Part shown: positions 52,714-64,000 of the stretch, one piece after another | Position numbering within the stretch: the first letter of the stretch is position 1 | How the letters are laid out: each line of letters opens with the position of its first letter | NCBI GenBank assembly: GCA_964247055.1 | Contig: OZ176051.1 | Location: 1,426,001 to 1,490,000, forward strand | DNA: 64,000 nt | Source of the DNA: Paragordius varius | Taxonomy: Eukaryota > Animalia > Nematomorpha | Direction of reading: 5' to 3' | Notes under the pieces: model-generated | What the model was told of the DNA's origin: nothing | Seen by the model: the letters and a program-made list of their open reading frames with translations, nothing else | Database searches by the model: none | Program-made: the position numbers and the translations under genes

Positions 52714-53379
52714 ACTAAGCCTGCATATGGTTAATTATGATTTGTGTATTTGCCAATGACTAACTCGTAAATGTGGTAAAAATTAGATCTCCATAAAATT
52801 AAAATTATTTTTCTAAGTATCAGGCATATCTCCTATTTCGTATGTCTGCTGTACTATTTATATCTTTATTTATAATCGGTATTTTAGACATGCGATTTTA
52901 TAACATAAATTTTTTAGTTTTTAAAATATTTTCTGGAATCGCCCTTAGCATATAATTACCCCGAGGTTACTAAGACATTTATAAAATTAATAATTGCTGA
53001 AATATTTGCCAAAATCAAAATTTACATATAATTGCTAAAAATTAATATTGATCAAAATTTAAATCGATTAACTTTAAATGCAAAAAATTATGTTTCGACG
53101 CCTTTCGATCAATTCTAATTAAAATGTTTTTTGATATTTTAAACTTTATTAAAGATTGTAGAAACAAAATGTTTAAATTAAAAAGCGATTGTTATATTTA
53201 GGTTTGATAACTATATTTCCAAAAAAAATTTATTATATTTTGGGGATTTAATTTTTTTCTTGTAGGAAGATAAAAACTAGATAGAAATACTTATTTACAT
53301 TAACACAGAATAAGCATATTAAATTAAAATTTGATTTTTTTGGGCATATGCGTTTTTCTGAAAATTGCCTAAAAGTTAA

Positions 53380-53910
53380 TTCTGGGGGCTAGCCTGAACT
53401 GGAAAGTAAGTTAAAAAATGGCTCAGCTCCTTGGGCGTATTCATAAAAAAAAATTATTACTGAAATAAATTGCTCTACTTTTTGCGGAAATATGCCTCAA
53501 AGTTTATTCTTGTTCAAAAAGCCTAAATTCCAGCATTGTTGAACTTAATTTTACGAAAAATTGATTGAAATTCAGAATCTTATAAAAAAAAATATTTTTT
53601 TAGCGGATGGGAATTCAAAATCTGTCAAAGTTCATTTATAATGGTTAAAAAAGGTGAATTCGAGGGGCCTCGTTTTTCAAAAATTTCTTTAAAACCAATA
53701 TTTGTTTAAAAACTCTTTTACTGGGATGGGGTTATACTGAAAAACGAATTTATCAAAAATGGCTCCGTCATCGTCGGCGCATTATTAAAGAATAATCTAT
53801 TATTGAATTCTAATAAGTCTATATATATTTCGGAAAACGCCTCGAATATTTGAGCTAAGTGAAAAAGGAAAATATCAGACAGTCATCCTCGGCGCAGTTA
53901 TAAAAAATAA
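53380..53910. repeat. Degenerate interspersed/tandem repeat
   Basis: Recurrent AAAAATGGCTC...GGCG.A...AAAAA units; family unknown. Confidence 0.4.
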
Positions 53911-54710
53911 AAAAATGATCCAGGAATTTGAATGAGATTACATAAAACATTCCCCTATTATATATTCAATAAGCTTTTTCCGAGCGATAAACTAAGGGGC
54001 TAATTTAACTAATAACTTTCTAACCTTCAGCATATACAAAATTAAAAAAGGCATTATTGATTTCGAATGCTTACATGCTTACCGAAATCAGAAGGATTAA
54101 TGTTTTTTCAAAAATCTTCACTAGGGAATGAAGACTAAAAGACTTCTACGAAAAATGGCCCTGTATCGGTAAATTATGAATATATGTTTTTTACTTTTCA
54201 ATTCGAATAGGCCGTTTTTAAAAACCATACCGCCTTTTTCAACATGGTCACCCACCATTCGTAAAAAAGGAAAAAAATATTATTGATTTTGAATAGGCAT
54301 TCCGAAACATTGCTTTAACAAATATTTCTCTAAAACACCCATTTTTCTGGATAGTGGGGTAAGACTGCTGGCTTATCCAAAAAACGACTCAGAACTAAAA
54401 ATATTCACTTTTCAATAAATGGGGCCTAGATGTTTTCGGAAACTTTGATTGATGCATATATTTTAAAAAAAATATAAATTATTTTTAATTACATAAACTA
54501 CGCAAAATAAGCCACTAGGTCAATACACCGAAAATTGTATACCAAACAGTATCTTCCGATTTATTTAAAAACAAATCACATTTATTATTAACCTTAAAAT
54601 ATATAAAAAACATCATTATGGGAACCAATATGGCCTATTGAAAAGGACAGAATACGTTTAATATCATCTATCATTTTTCATCGACATGACTAATTAAAGA
54701 ACGATCCTGA

Positions 54711-55050
54711 TGTTGTTGTTGTTGCTAAGGTCGATTCCGACTACCTGCAACATTCAAAATATCGCTTCTCCATTCACTGCGATTTCCGGATCTGGTGTTT
54801 AGTTCGGATGATGATTGGTTGGTTTCTTTGAGGATGTTATCCATCCAACGAGTTCGTCTTCTCCCTCTTTTTCGGGCACCACTTACTTTCCCCAGCATCA
54901 GTGATTTCTCAAGTGAGTTGGCTCTCAAAATGTGCCCGAAAAAGGAGAGTTTTTGCCGTATTAAGCTGCCTAGAAGTGACATTTCTGGGTTAATTTTATT
55001 TAGAATAGTGGTGTTTGAAACTTATAAAGCATGAATCTTTTGTAAATTAT
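54711..55050 (-). mobile_element. 5'-truncated RTE-type retrotransposon 3' end with (CAA)n tail
   Basis: RQKLSFFGHILRANSLEKSLMLGKVSGARKRGRRRTRWMDNI followed by CAACAACAACAACA on the minus strand. Confidence 0.88.
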
Positions 55051-55461
55051 AATTTATTAGAAGCACCCGTTAGAAAACCGCATTTGTCAGTCAAACTGCC
55101 AATCGAACATATTTAATTATACTAAAAACTCTTATAACCATTCCCCACTAAATTAACTAAAAAATGAAACTAATAAGCCATTCTTAAAATTTTAATAGTT
55201 GAGTTTGGAAGCTGCATCTTTTGGACATAACATAATATGTTGCTTTAATGTTAAAACTTTGTGGCACATATAATAATTTTTTTAATAAAAATTATGAGAT
55301 ATTTTGATAAATTATAATTTTAGTTTTACGCAATATACACCATATTTTGTTATATTTTTGTAACAATCATTACAATAATGAAGCTTGCAATAAAACTCAC
55401 AATTCATTTGCTGTTTATTTATAATTATTAATTAGTAATTGTTACATATAAGAATTGTGTT

Positions 55462-58014
55462 ATGGCGGCATGGGAACCGAAAGCTCGGGAATCTGCCGTT
55501 TTTAATTATTTTCTCCATCTTTCTCAGGGCAATGTTAATCGATGCCCAGATATCAAAATTCTTTTGGGAGATAAAACATTCCCATTCTACAAATTGGTTC
55601 TTTGTTCACAAAGGTTTGTGTATTTTATTTGCGGTCATATTTTTTGCACAAAAATGTCTGATGAAAACATGTTTAATTTATATTATATATATAGCAATTT
55701 CTTTGCGGAAAAGGCTATTACAGGCAATGAAATTAAAATACCTGATGATTTTCAAATAAGCGCAGATACGTTTGAAAAGATTTTAAAATTTATGTCAGGG
55801 ACAGACCCGGGACTCTCAAAAGACAATGTGGAAGCGATAGAAAAGGCTAGTCAAAAATTAGGTATATTTTAAAAATCATGAATTTCGTTGTATTACAAAA
55901 ATATTTTATTATTAACTAAGAATAATGTATTATAACATGGATAGCTAAACATTAGCTTTTTACAAGCGAGCCTTAATCCAGGCAATTTTATAAATGAGCC
56001 GTTTCAAAAATAATTTAAGAAAAAGAAAAATCTCAAATCTCTTATGGGTTTAACGATGAGAAAGGGTACCTTTTTGCCATCATTTTTATGGCTAAAAAAT
56101 TTTATAATTTTTTGTCAACTATTTACTGGCTCATTTACGGCAAATATAAGTCTGCTCAAGTCTTATAGATAGCGTTTAGTGATTTATTTATTTATGTCAC
56201 CATACTTTAAAGTTTGCTAACATAATATACTTGAAAATATTATAAAATTAATGATTTATAACCAATAAATAACATCTAGGCATTGTGAGATTACAAAAAC
56301 AATGTGAATCCTACAAACAGTCTCTCCAAACATCAGGAACTTCGAGTTTACCATCAGGGGGAGATATCGCGAACAAAGTATTGAGGACATCTTTAGGGGG
56401 AACCGGAAAAGATAAGGATGCTATTGCTTGGGGCAAGGATTATTACGACCCTAAAAGATTATGGAAGCCGTTGGCGCGATCATCTATTATTGAACATTAT
56501 TTAGGTATAAAATACTTTTTTATTAGCACCATAGAACCCTGTCTATGGCATTCCCAGGTTTTAAACTTAGTTTTGCCATGTCTTTCTCCGTATCTATCTA
56601 TCCTAAAACGCCAGAAAACGCTATAGACAGGGTCTATGGCGAAATAGTTTACGGATATGACCGCACGAGAGAGGGATATCATATATATGTGTAGAATAAC
56701 CAAATGTGATTTTATCGTTATAACGAAAGATTTGTAACTTTTCTATTATGATATGCTCCATAGTAATTTTTATTTGCTAGGTTACCTGTGGAATCAAAAC
56801 AGAAAAGAAATTGCAGATGTGACTATCATTGTAGGCGGAGTAGCCTTCAAAGCACATAAAATAGTTTTGGCTTGCCACAGCAACTATTTCCAAACGCTAT
56901 TTCGCGACACGGATGGAGCATTAGAAATAATGGTGCCCAAATCTCTTAACATTACCGCAAACACTTTTTTCACCCTGCTAAAATTTGCATATACAAATGA
57001 GATTGAGATTAATACCACAAATTTGAATGAAATTTATAATGCTGCCACCAGGCTTAAAATGCCTCATCTCATAAAGTTGATTGAATCCAAGTTTTCATCA
57101 GCGTTACCTTCGCTTCAACAAATGCAACAGAAACAAGAAGAACAATCTATGATGCAGCAATTTGGAGCCGTGCCTAGCAACGCAATGATGCCGGAAATGC
57201 CTCTAAATTTTGATCCAAGTGCCAATTATCAAGGTATGCCAAATAATCAAAGTATTCCGATTAATTACAACACCAATAATAGCAACATGAGTGCTTTTCC
57301 TTTTAACCCACAAATGATGTCAGGACCTGTGTCTTATCCAACAACTGGTATGACCCCAACACAACCGATGTCAGGTCCAGGACCGCAAAACCTTGCTCAA
57401 CTTTTCCAAACGCCTCATTTCTTGAATTGCGATGTTGATACATTAGTTAACTTATTATCAAACGATAATATCAGTTTGGCCAATGAATTTCAGGTGTTTA
57501 ATATGGCTTTAACGTGGTTAAAGCAAGGAAATGGATTTGAAAGATTCAATTATCTCGTTCGGGTAATGGGTTGTGTCAGGTTTAGTTTAATGAATCAACA
57601 AGAACTGTCACAATGTGTACGTTTAACTTTGGATTGGTTTAAAAGCAACCCAAATTATCGGACTATGATACTAAAAGCCAATTGGTAAACTAATTTTCTT
57701 ATATTTCCTTTTTTAATATTTATCCAATGAAATTTTGAAAACACTTTAGGTTAACTGTAAATGAACAAAGTAACATCTTTCAAACGTTTGTACGCAAAGA
57801 TAAACCCAGAAATTATTCCTATGTGCCTAATGTGTATCCCTGTGGCGGTGCGCAAAATTATCAAAGTGAGGGCGTTTCTGGTATGCGTTGTGCGGTTTGT
57901 CCCACGTGTAGGAAACCATTTAGTCCGGTTCCGTTTGCCCCTTCAGAACCTCCGATATGTCCGGCCTGCAAAAGACCAAATCCAAATGCTGCTTCTCTCA
58001 TTATGGCTCAATGA
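55462..58014 (+). CDS. Double-BTB / partial-BACK protein with C-terminal CxxC-x16-CxxC motif (597 aa, 4 exons)
   Basis: Exons 55462-55861, 56280-56504, 56781-57684, 57750-58014 in phase. BTB1 (PDIKILLG...YKLVLCSQ), BTB2 (ADVTIIVGGVAFKAHKIVLACHSNYF), Q/M/P/N-rich tract, BACK C-half (FLNCDVDTLVNLLSND...EFQVFNMALTW...VRFSLM), CPTC...CPAC. No kelch repeats seen. Confidence 0.85.
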
Positions 58015-60799
58015 TAAAACAGCTTTATACGGTGTGAAAACTCTATCTTGTTATGTTAACTTAAACGTTTTCTCTTATTTATATATATATAATAATTTTA
58101 TAATGATTTTTAAAATACTTGTCAAGTCATGTTTTTAAATTATACCATGTTGTATGCCAGTATATGTTTTTCTAATTTGGATGTAATTACGTTATAAATA
58201 AATGCGTTTATTAGTTTGACATTTAATTACTATGTGGGGTAGTTTAATTTAATTAGATATATAAGAAGGATATTGGGCCAATCAATCATATATAGCATGG
58301 TATAATTAAAAAATTAAAGGTAAAAAAAACTTTAGCCAACAATTTTTGAGTTTGTGTCGCTATAACAAATGATGTAAAATAAAGTTTTTCTTTATACGTT
58401 TAAGTTATAATTCGCCAATTATCTAGTGCTAAATTAGCTGTTTGTTTCTATTGGATGGGGCTATTTTGATAATGTATAAGTAAAATTCTCAAACGATAAA
58501 TATGTATCATTACAAATTTAAACTATTAGACACAAACCACCCTAAAATATATTTCATATGAATAAGTTTATGAATGGATTGTTGACTTAATGTTAAAAAC
58601 TATATGAAATAGATTTTATTGTTTTGTAATACAAATCAAACTCAAGTTATTGCGTTTCGCAAATATTTTGTTTTTTCAATTAAATTAAATATAATGAAAA
58701 AATATTTTAGATATATCTTTATAAAACAAATCAATAATATCCGTAATTTCAATAAACTCGGCTGAAATGGGCCAAATCTATTGTAACTCTATCGAATGTC
58801 CGAGATAGCGTGATGAGAATACAAAATATTATGACATCAAAAACAATCATTTTCATGAAAAGGATTTGTTTTAAAATTTATATTGCGTATTTTTATGGGA
58901 GGTTTTTTTCCCTATTTTTAAGAATGTTAGAAACGATTATTTTATTTTTTGAAATACCCGGTTAAAGTTGGCTAGTTTTATTAATACTCACTTTGTCTGG
59001 TAAAAAATATTCAAATTGGATCAATTTTTACATAGTATTTTACCTTTAAGTATGATTCAATAAAATATGTATAACAAAACACCTCATAATATAATAAGAA
59101 TATTTTTGTCTCAAGGAAATTTTTAAACCCATATTTCTAAAAGAATAGAATATGACTAGAAAGTGCATTTTAAGAGTCAGCTTATTCACACGGCTTATTG
59201 ATATTGGCAAATTAGAATTAAATCAACGCCTCATTCATTAGTTCCTTTGACACCTTTCTTGTTCCAAAGCTTATTTATTTAACAGTTAAAAAATTATTAA
59301 CAACCGTACTTATATAAAAATTAGAAAATTTTGTTTCATGACTCCTAGAGTCATTTAGATAGCATCCATATCCAATTAAAACAAATAGTCAATAATGTCT
59401 ATCTTTATATCGATATGTTTGTTATGCCAGTTTTTATTGAGATTCAAAAAACAAAATTCTCTAAAACGCAAAAAATCCGAGATTTTAAGATAATATATAT
59501 TACAAACTAGAATTGATGAATGTATTGCTGCAATCAAGGTCAAAATTTTGCCATATTGCAGTAAATAAACTTTCATATGATGCAATTTATAGTTTTAATG
59601 TTGAGTGCCAAGGTTGCATTGGTTTTTTATTGTCCATCCACCTTATTCTTCTTCGGTCTTGTGAGTAGATCTCATAATGTAGATATTGGTGCGGATGTTT
59701 TTGGAAAAATGCACACTTTGTTTTAAAATTTTATTTTTAGAAGTTCTAGCGTAATGCATTCTAGATCGAGGAATGATGATATTATAAAAAATTTATAAAA
59801 TTTAATAATACTATATTCTATTACCTCAGTATTTTAATTAAAATATACGATCATCACATTTATGATATATATATAAATAGTTTTTTTCAAAATATACCCA
59901 AATTTTGAAATAAACACATCTTAAAATCATTCTGAAGCGATAGAAATGTTAAGCATTATCAAATTTTATATTATTTTTTTATCATAAAGCGTTTCTATAC
60001 CGTTTTTTCATGCCTATATACTGAAATTAGGCCTCAACATTTTGCTAAAAATTAAATTTTTTAAAAAAGTATTATAAAATATAACAAATATATAAATTTC
60101 GCGCGATCCCGCATTTTAGCGATTGTTTAAAGAGAAGGAGCCCTTACAAGCGACTGAATTTGGAACTTTCGGAGCCCATAAAAAATAAATTTAATATATT
60201 TGTTTTTTATATGTGGTTATGATATATTTTAGATATCTTATTTCAAATGAAGCTTTTTCCTCATCACATAGTTTATCTGTACCAGTTACTACAAAATAAA
60301 AATAATTTTCTTACATCACTCGTAAGGGGAAAATTTTATATCCCCATGATCTCTCTACATTTTTTATCAGATTATATATAATTACCTTAAGAATTAATAC
60401 AGAGCATATAAGAGTGATCATATTGGCTATTTTTAAAATATTTCAAAGTAATTTGAGTTATTAAGTCCTTGTTACTAAAAATTATTCGCTTTTCTTTAAT
60501 GATTTTATTTAAAAATGTCTCAGTAGACCAAGTGTTTACCATATTTAACTATAAAAGATACAGCCTAGGCATCTATTCGAAAACACCCAATTTTTTATAT
60601 ACATCATGGTCTACTTATTTACAGTATTAAGAACACCTCCACTACTGTAAGCCCTTCAAACATTACCAACACTTTATATATAATTATATTGTTTGTTACT
60701 ACAATATGTGAATTATGCTTTATAAGCGCGGTTTTAGCCCATATATAATAATCATATTTTTTACATTTTTTCTTGGCAAAAACAGTTGTTTCAAGCGCC

Positions 60800-61571
60800 A
60801 TGCCTGTTGACCGTAAATCGAAATCCACATCCTTCAGATATCACAACCATAAACCCTATGTTAAAAAGGTATTAGCATATATTTAAATATAGCAATCAAG
60901 TATTGTATCTTCTCTTACAAACAAACTTTCATCACTTATACCGTCCTGGCTTAAATCCACCGAAACTAGTCTCTCTGAATTGCCAGATCTTTATAATAAT
61001 TTAAATAATGAAGAGTTAAACAATTATTTAAGCGAGGAAGAAGATATAGATATTGGTCTTAGCAATGGACCAAAAGCTCGTCATGAAGATTCCTATTTAG
61101 AATACAAAGATGCTGATGACTTGCATATTAATACGCAAATTATAACAAAAAGCCTTGCCATCAGTCAGACATATACCTCAAAAATTAAAACTTTAAATGT
61201 TAAATCGAAAAATAAAGGGGTATATGCTCCAAACAATATTGAAAGAGACTATTCCTTAAATTTTGATGATAAAAAAGTGAATATGGATAATCACATATCT
61301 TCAGCGCCATTTTCAAATATATACCATAATTTAGCTAGAAAACCTTTGATACACTATGAACAAAAAGTATACACTATCGCAATTAATTATTTAGATTCCT
61401 AAAACGGAAATTGCAATTGATAATGTTCCCAATTTTGTTCCGACATCTATCGGAGACACTTTTTCTCAATCGAATCAGATGAAACCCGTGGTTACGGAAT
61501 CCCTTAATGAGAGAAAACACAATTTTGCCGAACGAAGAAAACAGCGCCTCCTCTCACACACCCCATACAAT
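60800..61571 (+). CDS. NUP153: Nucleoporin NUP153-like, 5' exons only (gene presumably continues past the window)
   Basis: Exons 60800-60868, 60893-61366, 61395-61571 with 24- and 28-nt introns. HKPYVKKQSSIVSSLTNKLSSLIPSWL resembles the NUP153 N-terminal motif (IKPYQQ...GILSRVTESVKNIVPGWL). The gene model is solid; the identity rests on this one motif. Confidence 0.65.
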
Positions 61572-62275
61572 GTAAAGTTGTTTTTATTTTACATAATAAT
61601 TAAACTAATATTATCTTAATCCTCTTCTTCGCCTTAATATAAAAATCTATAGTTAAACTTTTTTGTCAGTAAACTGCACGTTTTAGAATATATTAAATTT
61701 ATGAAAGTTTAAGGCTATGTTTTTAAACCTTAAAAATTAAAACCCTTAAGCGCATTTTTCTTAAAAATTAAAAAATCTCAAATGTTTTTTTGAATAGTTA
61801 ACACTTCATGACCTTTTCACATTTTTGTCCAGAATGACATATTGGGGTAGTTTTATATCCCAGTGTACAATGTAAATCAATTTTTGTTTTGAAAGTTATT
61901 TTAGTCAAAATTTGCATTGTTCTCATGAATTAGATGAAAACGCTTATATTTTTACAGTTATATGACTCCTAGAGTCTGAAATTGGGACAAAAGGCTAAAG
62001 ATGGCATATTTTTAAATTCGGCTTAATACCTCAAATAATTTTTATGATATTCTATTTAAAATGCCTCTTAATATTTGATATACCCCAAAAGGTGATTAAG
62101 TGTTTAATTAGTATTTAAAATTAATAACGACATTTTATTGCCTCTATTTTAAACTCTTAATAAATTACCATTTAACATGAATTTTTATAAAAATAATGTA
62201 TGCTAGGGAAATGGCTAGTTTTGTAAACATTTATTCGATTTTTTACGAATAATAACAATTATTTATGCTCTATGG

Positions 62276-64000
62276 CAGTGATACTCAAACCGCGGCCCGC
62301 GGGCCGCATGCGGCCCGCAGTGTGCTTTAAAAATGCACTATGACTGATATTTAATTATTTTTAAATAATATATATTTTTTACCCAATTTGAAATGTAGAA
62401 AAATTTTCTACATTAAAATGATTTTAAAATTTATGATTTATGGGCACACGTTGTTTCTTCTTCTTTTCGAAATTTTTATTGCATTTCTTTTTTGTTTTCA
62501 CCCATTGCACATACATTTCATTGCTATCCTGCATCATTTTTAAAACTCATTCTCATAAAATATTTTCAACTCAATATCATTAAATTTTGACCTGTTTTTT
62601 ATAGCATAATTCAATTTATATTCCTATCTTTTTTACATAATATTTAAACATAAATTCAAAGGATGACATCTAATGCCAAAAAACGTAAATTATCCGATGA
62701 AAATCGCTCCTTTAAAAAAGAATGGGAAACTAATTTTTTTGTCGTTTTAAATAACAATGTTGCTACCTGCCTTATATGCAAAGACAATATAATTATAAAA
62801 AAATTCAATATTGAAAGACATTCTAAAATCCATCATTCTCATAAATTACCAGAAAATCTTGAGGAAAGAAATGAAAAATATAAAAATTTTAAGGAATTAT
62901 ACGAGAAAGAAAAATCTATTATGGCCATAGCTTTTTCCCAGGAAAAAGCTGTAACATTAGCTTCGTATGAAATATGCTATATTTTAGGAAAAAATATGAA
63001 ACCGTTTACTGATTCCCAACTAATAAAAGAATGTTTAATAAATGGTTGCACTTTTTTATTTGATAAATTCCATAATAAAGATCAAATCATGAGGCAAATT
63101 AAAAAACTTCAACTTTCTGATTCAACATGTGCTCGACGCATTGAAGATATGTCTAAATATATTTTTAACAATACATTATTGGCTCTGAAAAATTGCAAAT
63201 ACTTCAGTATTGCAATCGATTCTAGCACTGATATAAGTTCAACACCTCAATGTGCGCTCTTCGTGAGATTTTGCAACGACAACAAAATCAACGAGGAATA
63301 TTTGAAATTTTTACCAATGAATAATACCACAAAAGGCAGTGATTTTCTTGAAGTAATTAGTACCTTTTTCGATAATAATGGTATATCTATGAAAAAATTG
63401 GTTTCGATCTGCACAGATGGCTGTCCCTCTATGATTGGAATAAACAAAGGGTTTATTTCTCTTTTAAAAAACAAATATAATTTGCAAAATCTATTATCCT
63501 TTCACTGCTTTATTCATCAGCAAAACTTGGTTTCGCGTGTAAAAGATGAATCACTAAATTTAGTAATTAAAACGGTTGTGGATATAGTTAACTACATCCG
63601 TGGCAGAGAATTCAATCACCGTAAATCCAAAAACCTTCTGAAAGATATCCACAGTGAGTTTGATGATATTCTTTTGTACACCGCTGTGAGATGGCTAAGC
63701 CTTAGCAAAGTATTGAATAGATTTTTTGATTTAAGACATGAAATTCTATTATTTATAAAAGATAACAGAAAGTTTGACGAGGAAATTAATAGTGACAAAT
63801 GGTGGGTTTTATTAGCCTACCTTTGCGACATTACTAATAAACTTAGTACTTTTAATACAAGTCTTCAAGGGAGCAAAATAATAACCCAATTTGCTAATCA
63901 TATATTTGCTTTTGAAGAAAAATTAATAATATATAAACAAGATTTTATAGATAAAACACTCCTACATTTTCCAACACTCAAAACGATTTATAAAGAAAAT
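62276..64000 (+). mobile_element. hAT (Charlie/SPIN-like) DNA transposon, left end plus transposase
   Basis: Left end CAGTGATACTCAAACCGCGGCCCGCGGGCCGCATGCGGCCC at 62276; the element runs past the window end. Confidence 0.9.
62663..64000 (+). CDS. hAT transposase (GTF2IRD2/SPIN-like), 446 codons open to the window end
   Basis: KKRKLSDENRSFKKEW, CLIC...H...H BED-like finger, KPFTD, LSDSTCARRIEDM, SIAIDSSTD, CTDGCPSMIG, HCFIHQ, RWLS, LAYLCDI...SLQG. No stop found; absent from the ORF track because it has no terminus in the window. Confidence 0.92.
   Translation, partial: MTSNAKKRKLSDENRSFKKEWETNFFVVLNNNVATCLICKDNIIIKKFNIERHSKIHHSHKLPENLEERNEKYKNFKELYEKEKSIMAIAFSQEKAVTLASYEICYILGKNMKPFTDSQLIKECLINGCTFLFDKFHNKDQIMRQIKKLQLSDSTCARRIEDMSKYIFNNTLLALKNCKYFSIAIDSSTDISSTPQCALFVRFCNDNKINEEYLKFLPMNNTTKGSDFLEVISTFFDNNGISMKKLVSICTDGCPSMIGINKGFISLLKNKYNLQNLLSFHCFIHQQNLVSRVKDESLNLVIKTVVDIVNYIRGREFNHRKSKNLLKDIHSEFDDILLYTAVRWLSLSKVLNRFFDLRHEILLFIKDNRKFDEEINSDKWWVLLAYLCDITNKLSTFNTSLQGSKIITQFANHIFAFEEKLIIYKQDFIDKTLLHFPTLKTIYKEN

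Noticed and set aside
56527-56557. Extra micro-exon in the BTB gene after a 22- or 30-nt intron
   Set aside because: One acceptor gives an immediate stop and the other has no productive downstream partner; direct splicing 56504/56781 gives a good BTB N-terminus.
57761-58138. 125-aa ORF overlapping the last BTB exon
   Set aside because: Alternative frame; the phase-compatible frame ending at 58014 carries the paired CxxC motifs.
58750-58830. TRLKWAKS Tc1-like peptide
   Set aside because: Too short and decayed to support a feature.
59600-59690. RRRIRWMDN RTE-like peptide on the minus strand
   Set aside because: Probably a third RTE relic, but only one short motif supports it.

Overview
Very AT-rich animal genomic DNA (organism not identifiable from sequence alone; a reduced or parasitic invertebrate is plausible). 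By manual exon reconstruction it holds nine host genes: a small membrane-protein gene (+), acyl-protein thioesterase LYPLA (-), SNX17 (-), mitochondrial EF-G2/GFM2 (+), an intronless histidine acid phosphatase nested in a GFM2 intron (+), a group I PAK (+), ERK (-), a double-BTB/BACK/zinc-ribbon gene (+) and the 5' part of a NUP153-like gene (+). Introns and intergenic DNA are full of transposon debris (Helitron, mariner, IS630/Tc1, hAT, CACTA-like, RTE, foldback MITEs), and one hAT transposase is open to the window end. The most striking signal is intron architecture. Nineteen GT-AG introns of only 22-31 nt occur, always as an unbroken run starting at intron 1. Once a long intron appears, no intron under 38 nt recurs. 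In addition, SNX17 and GFM2 lie head-to-head with only 55 nt between their start codons. All gene models and family calls are by eye and from recalled homolog sequences; no database search was run.
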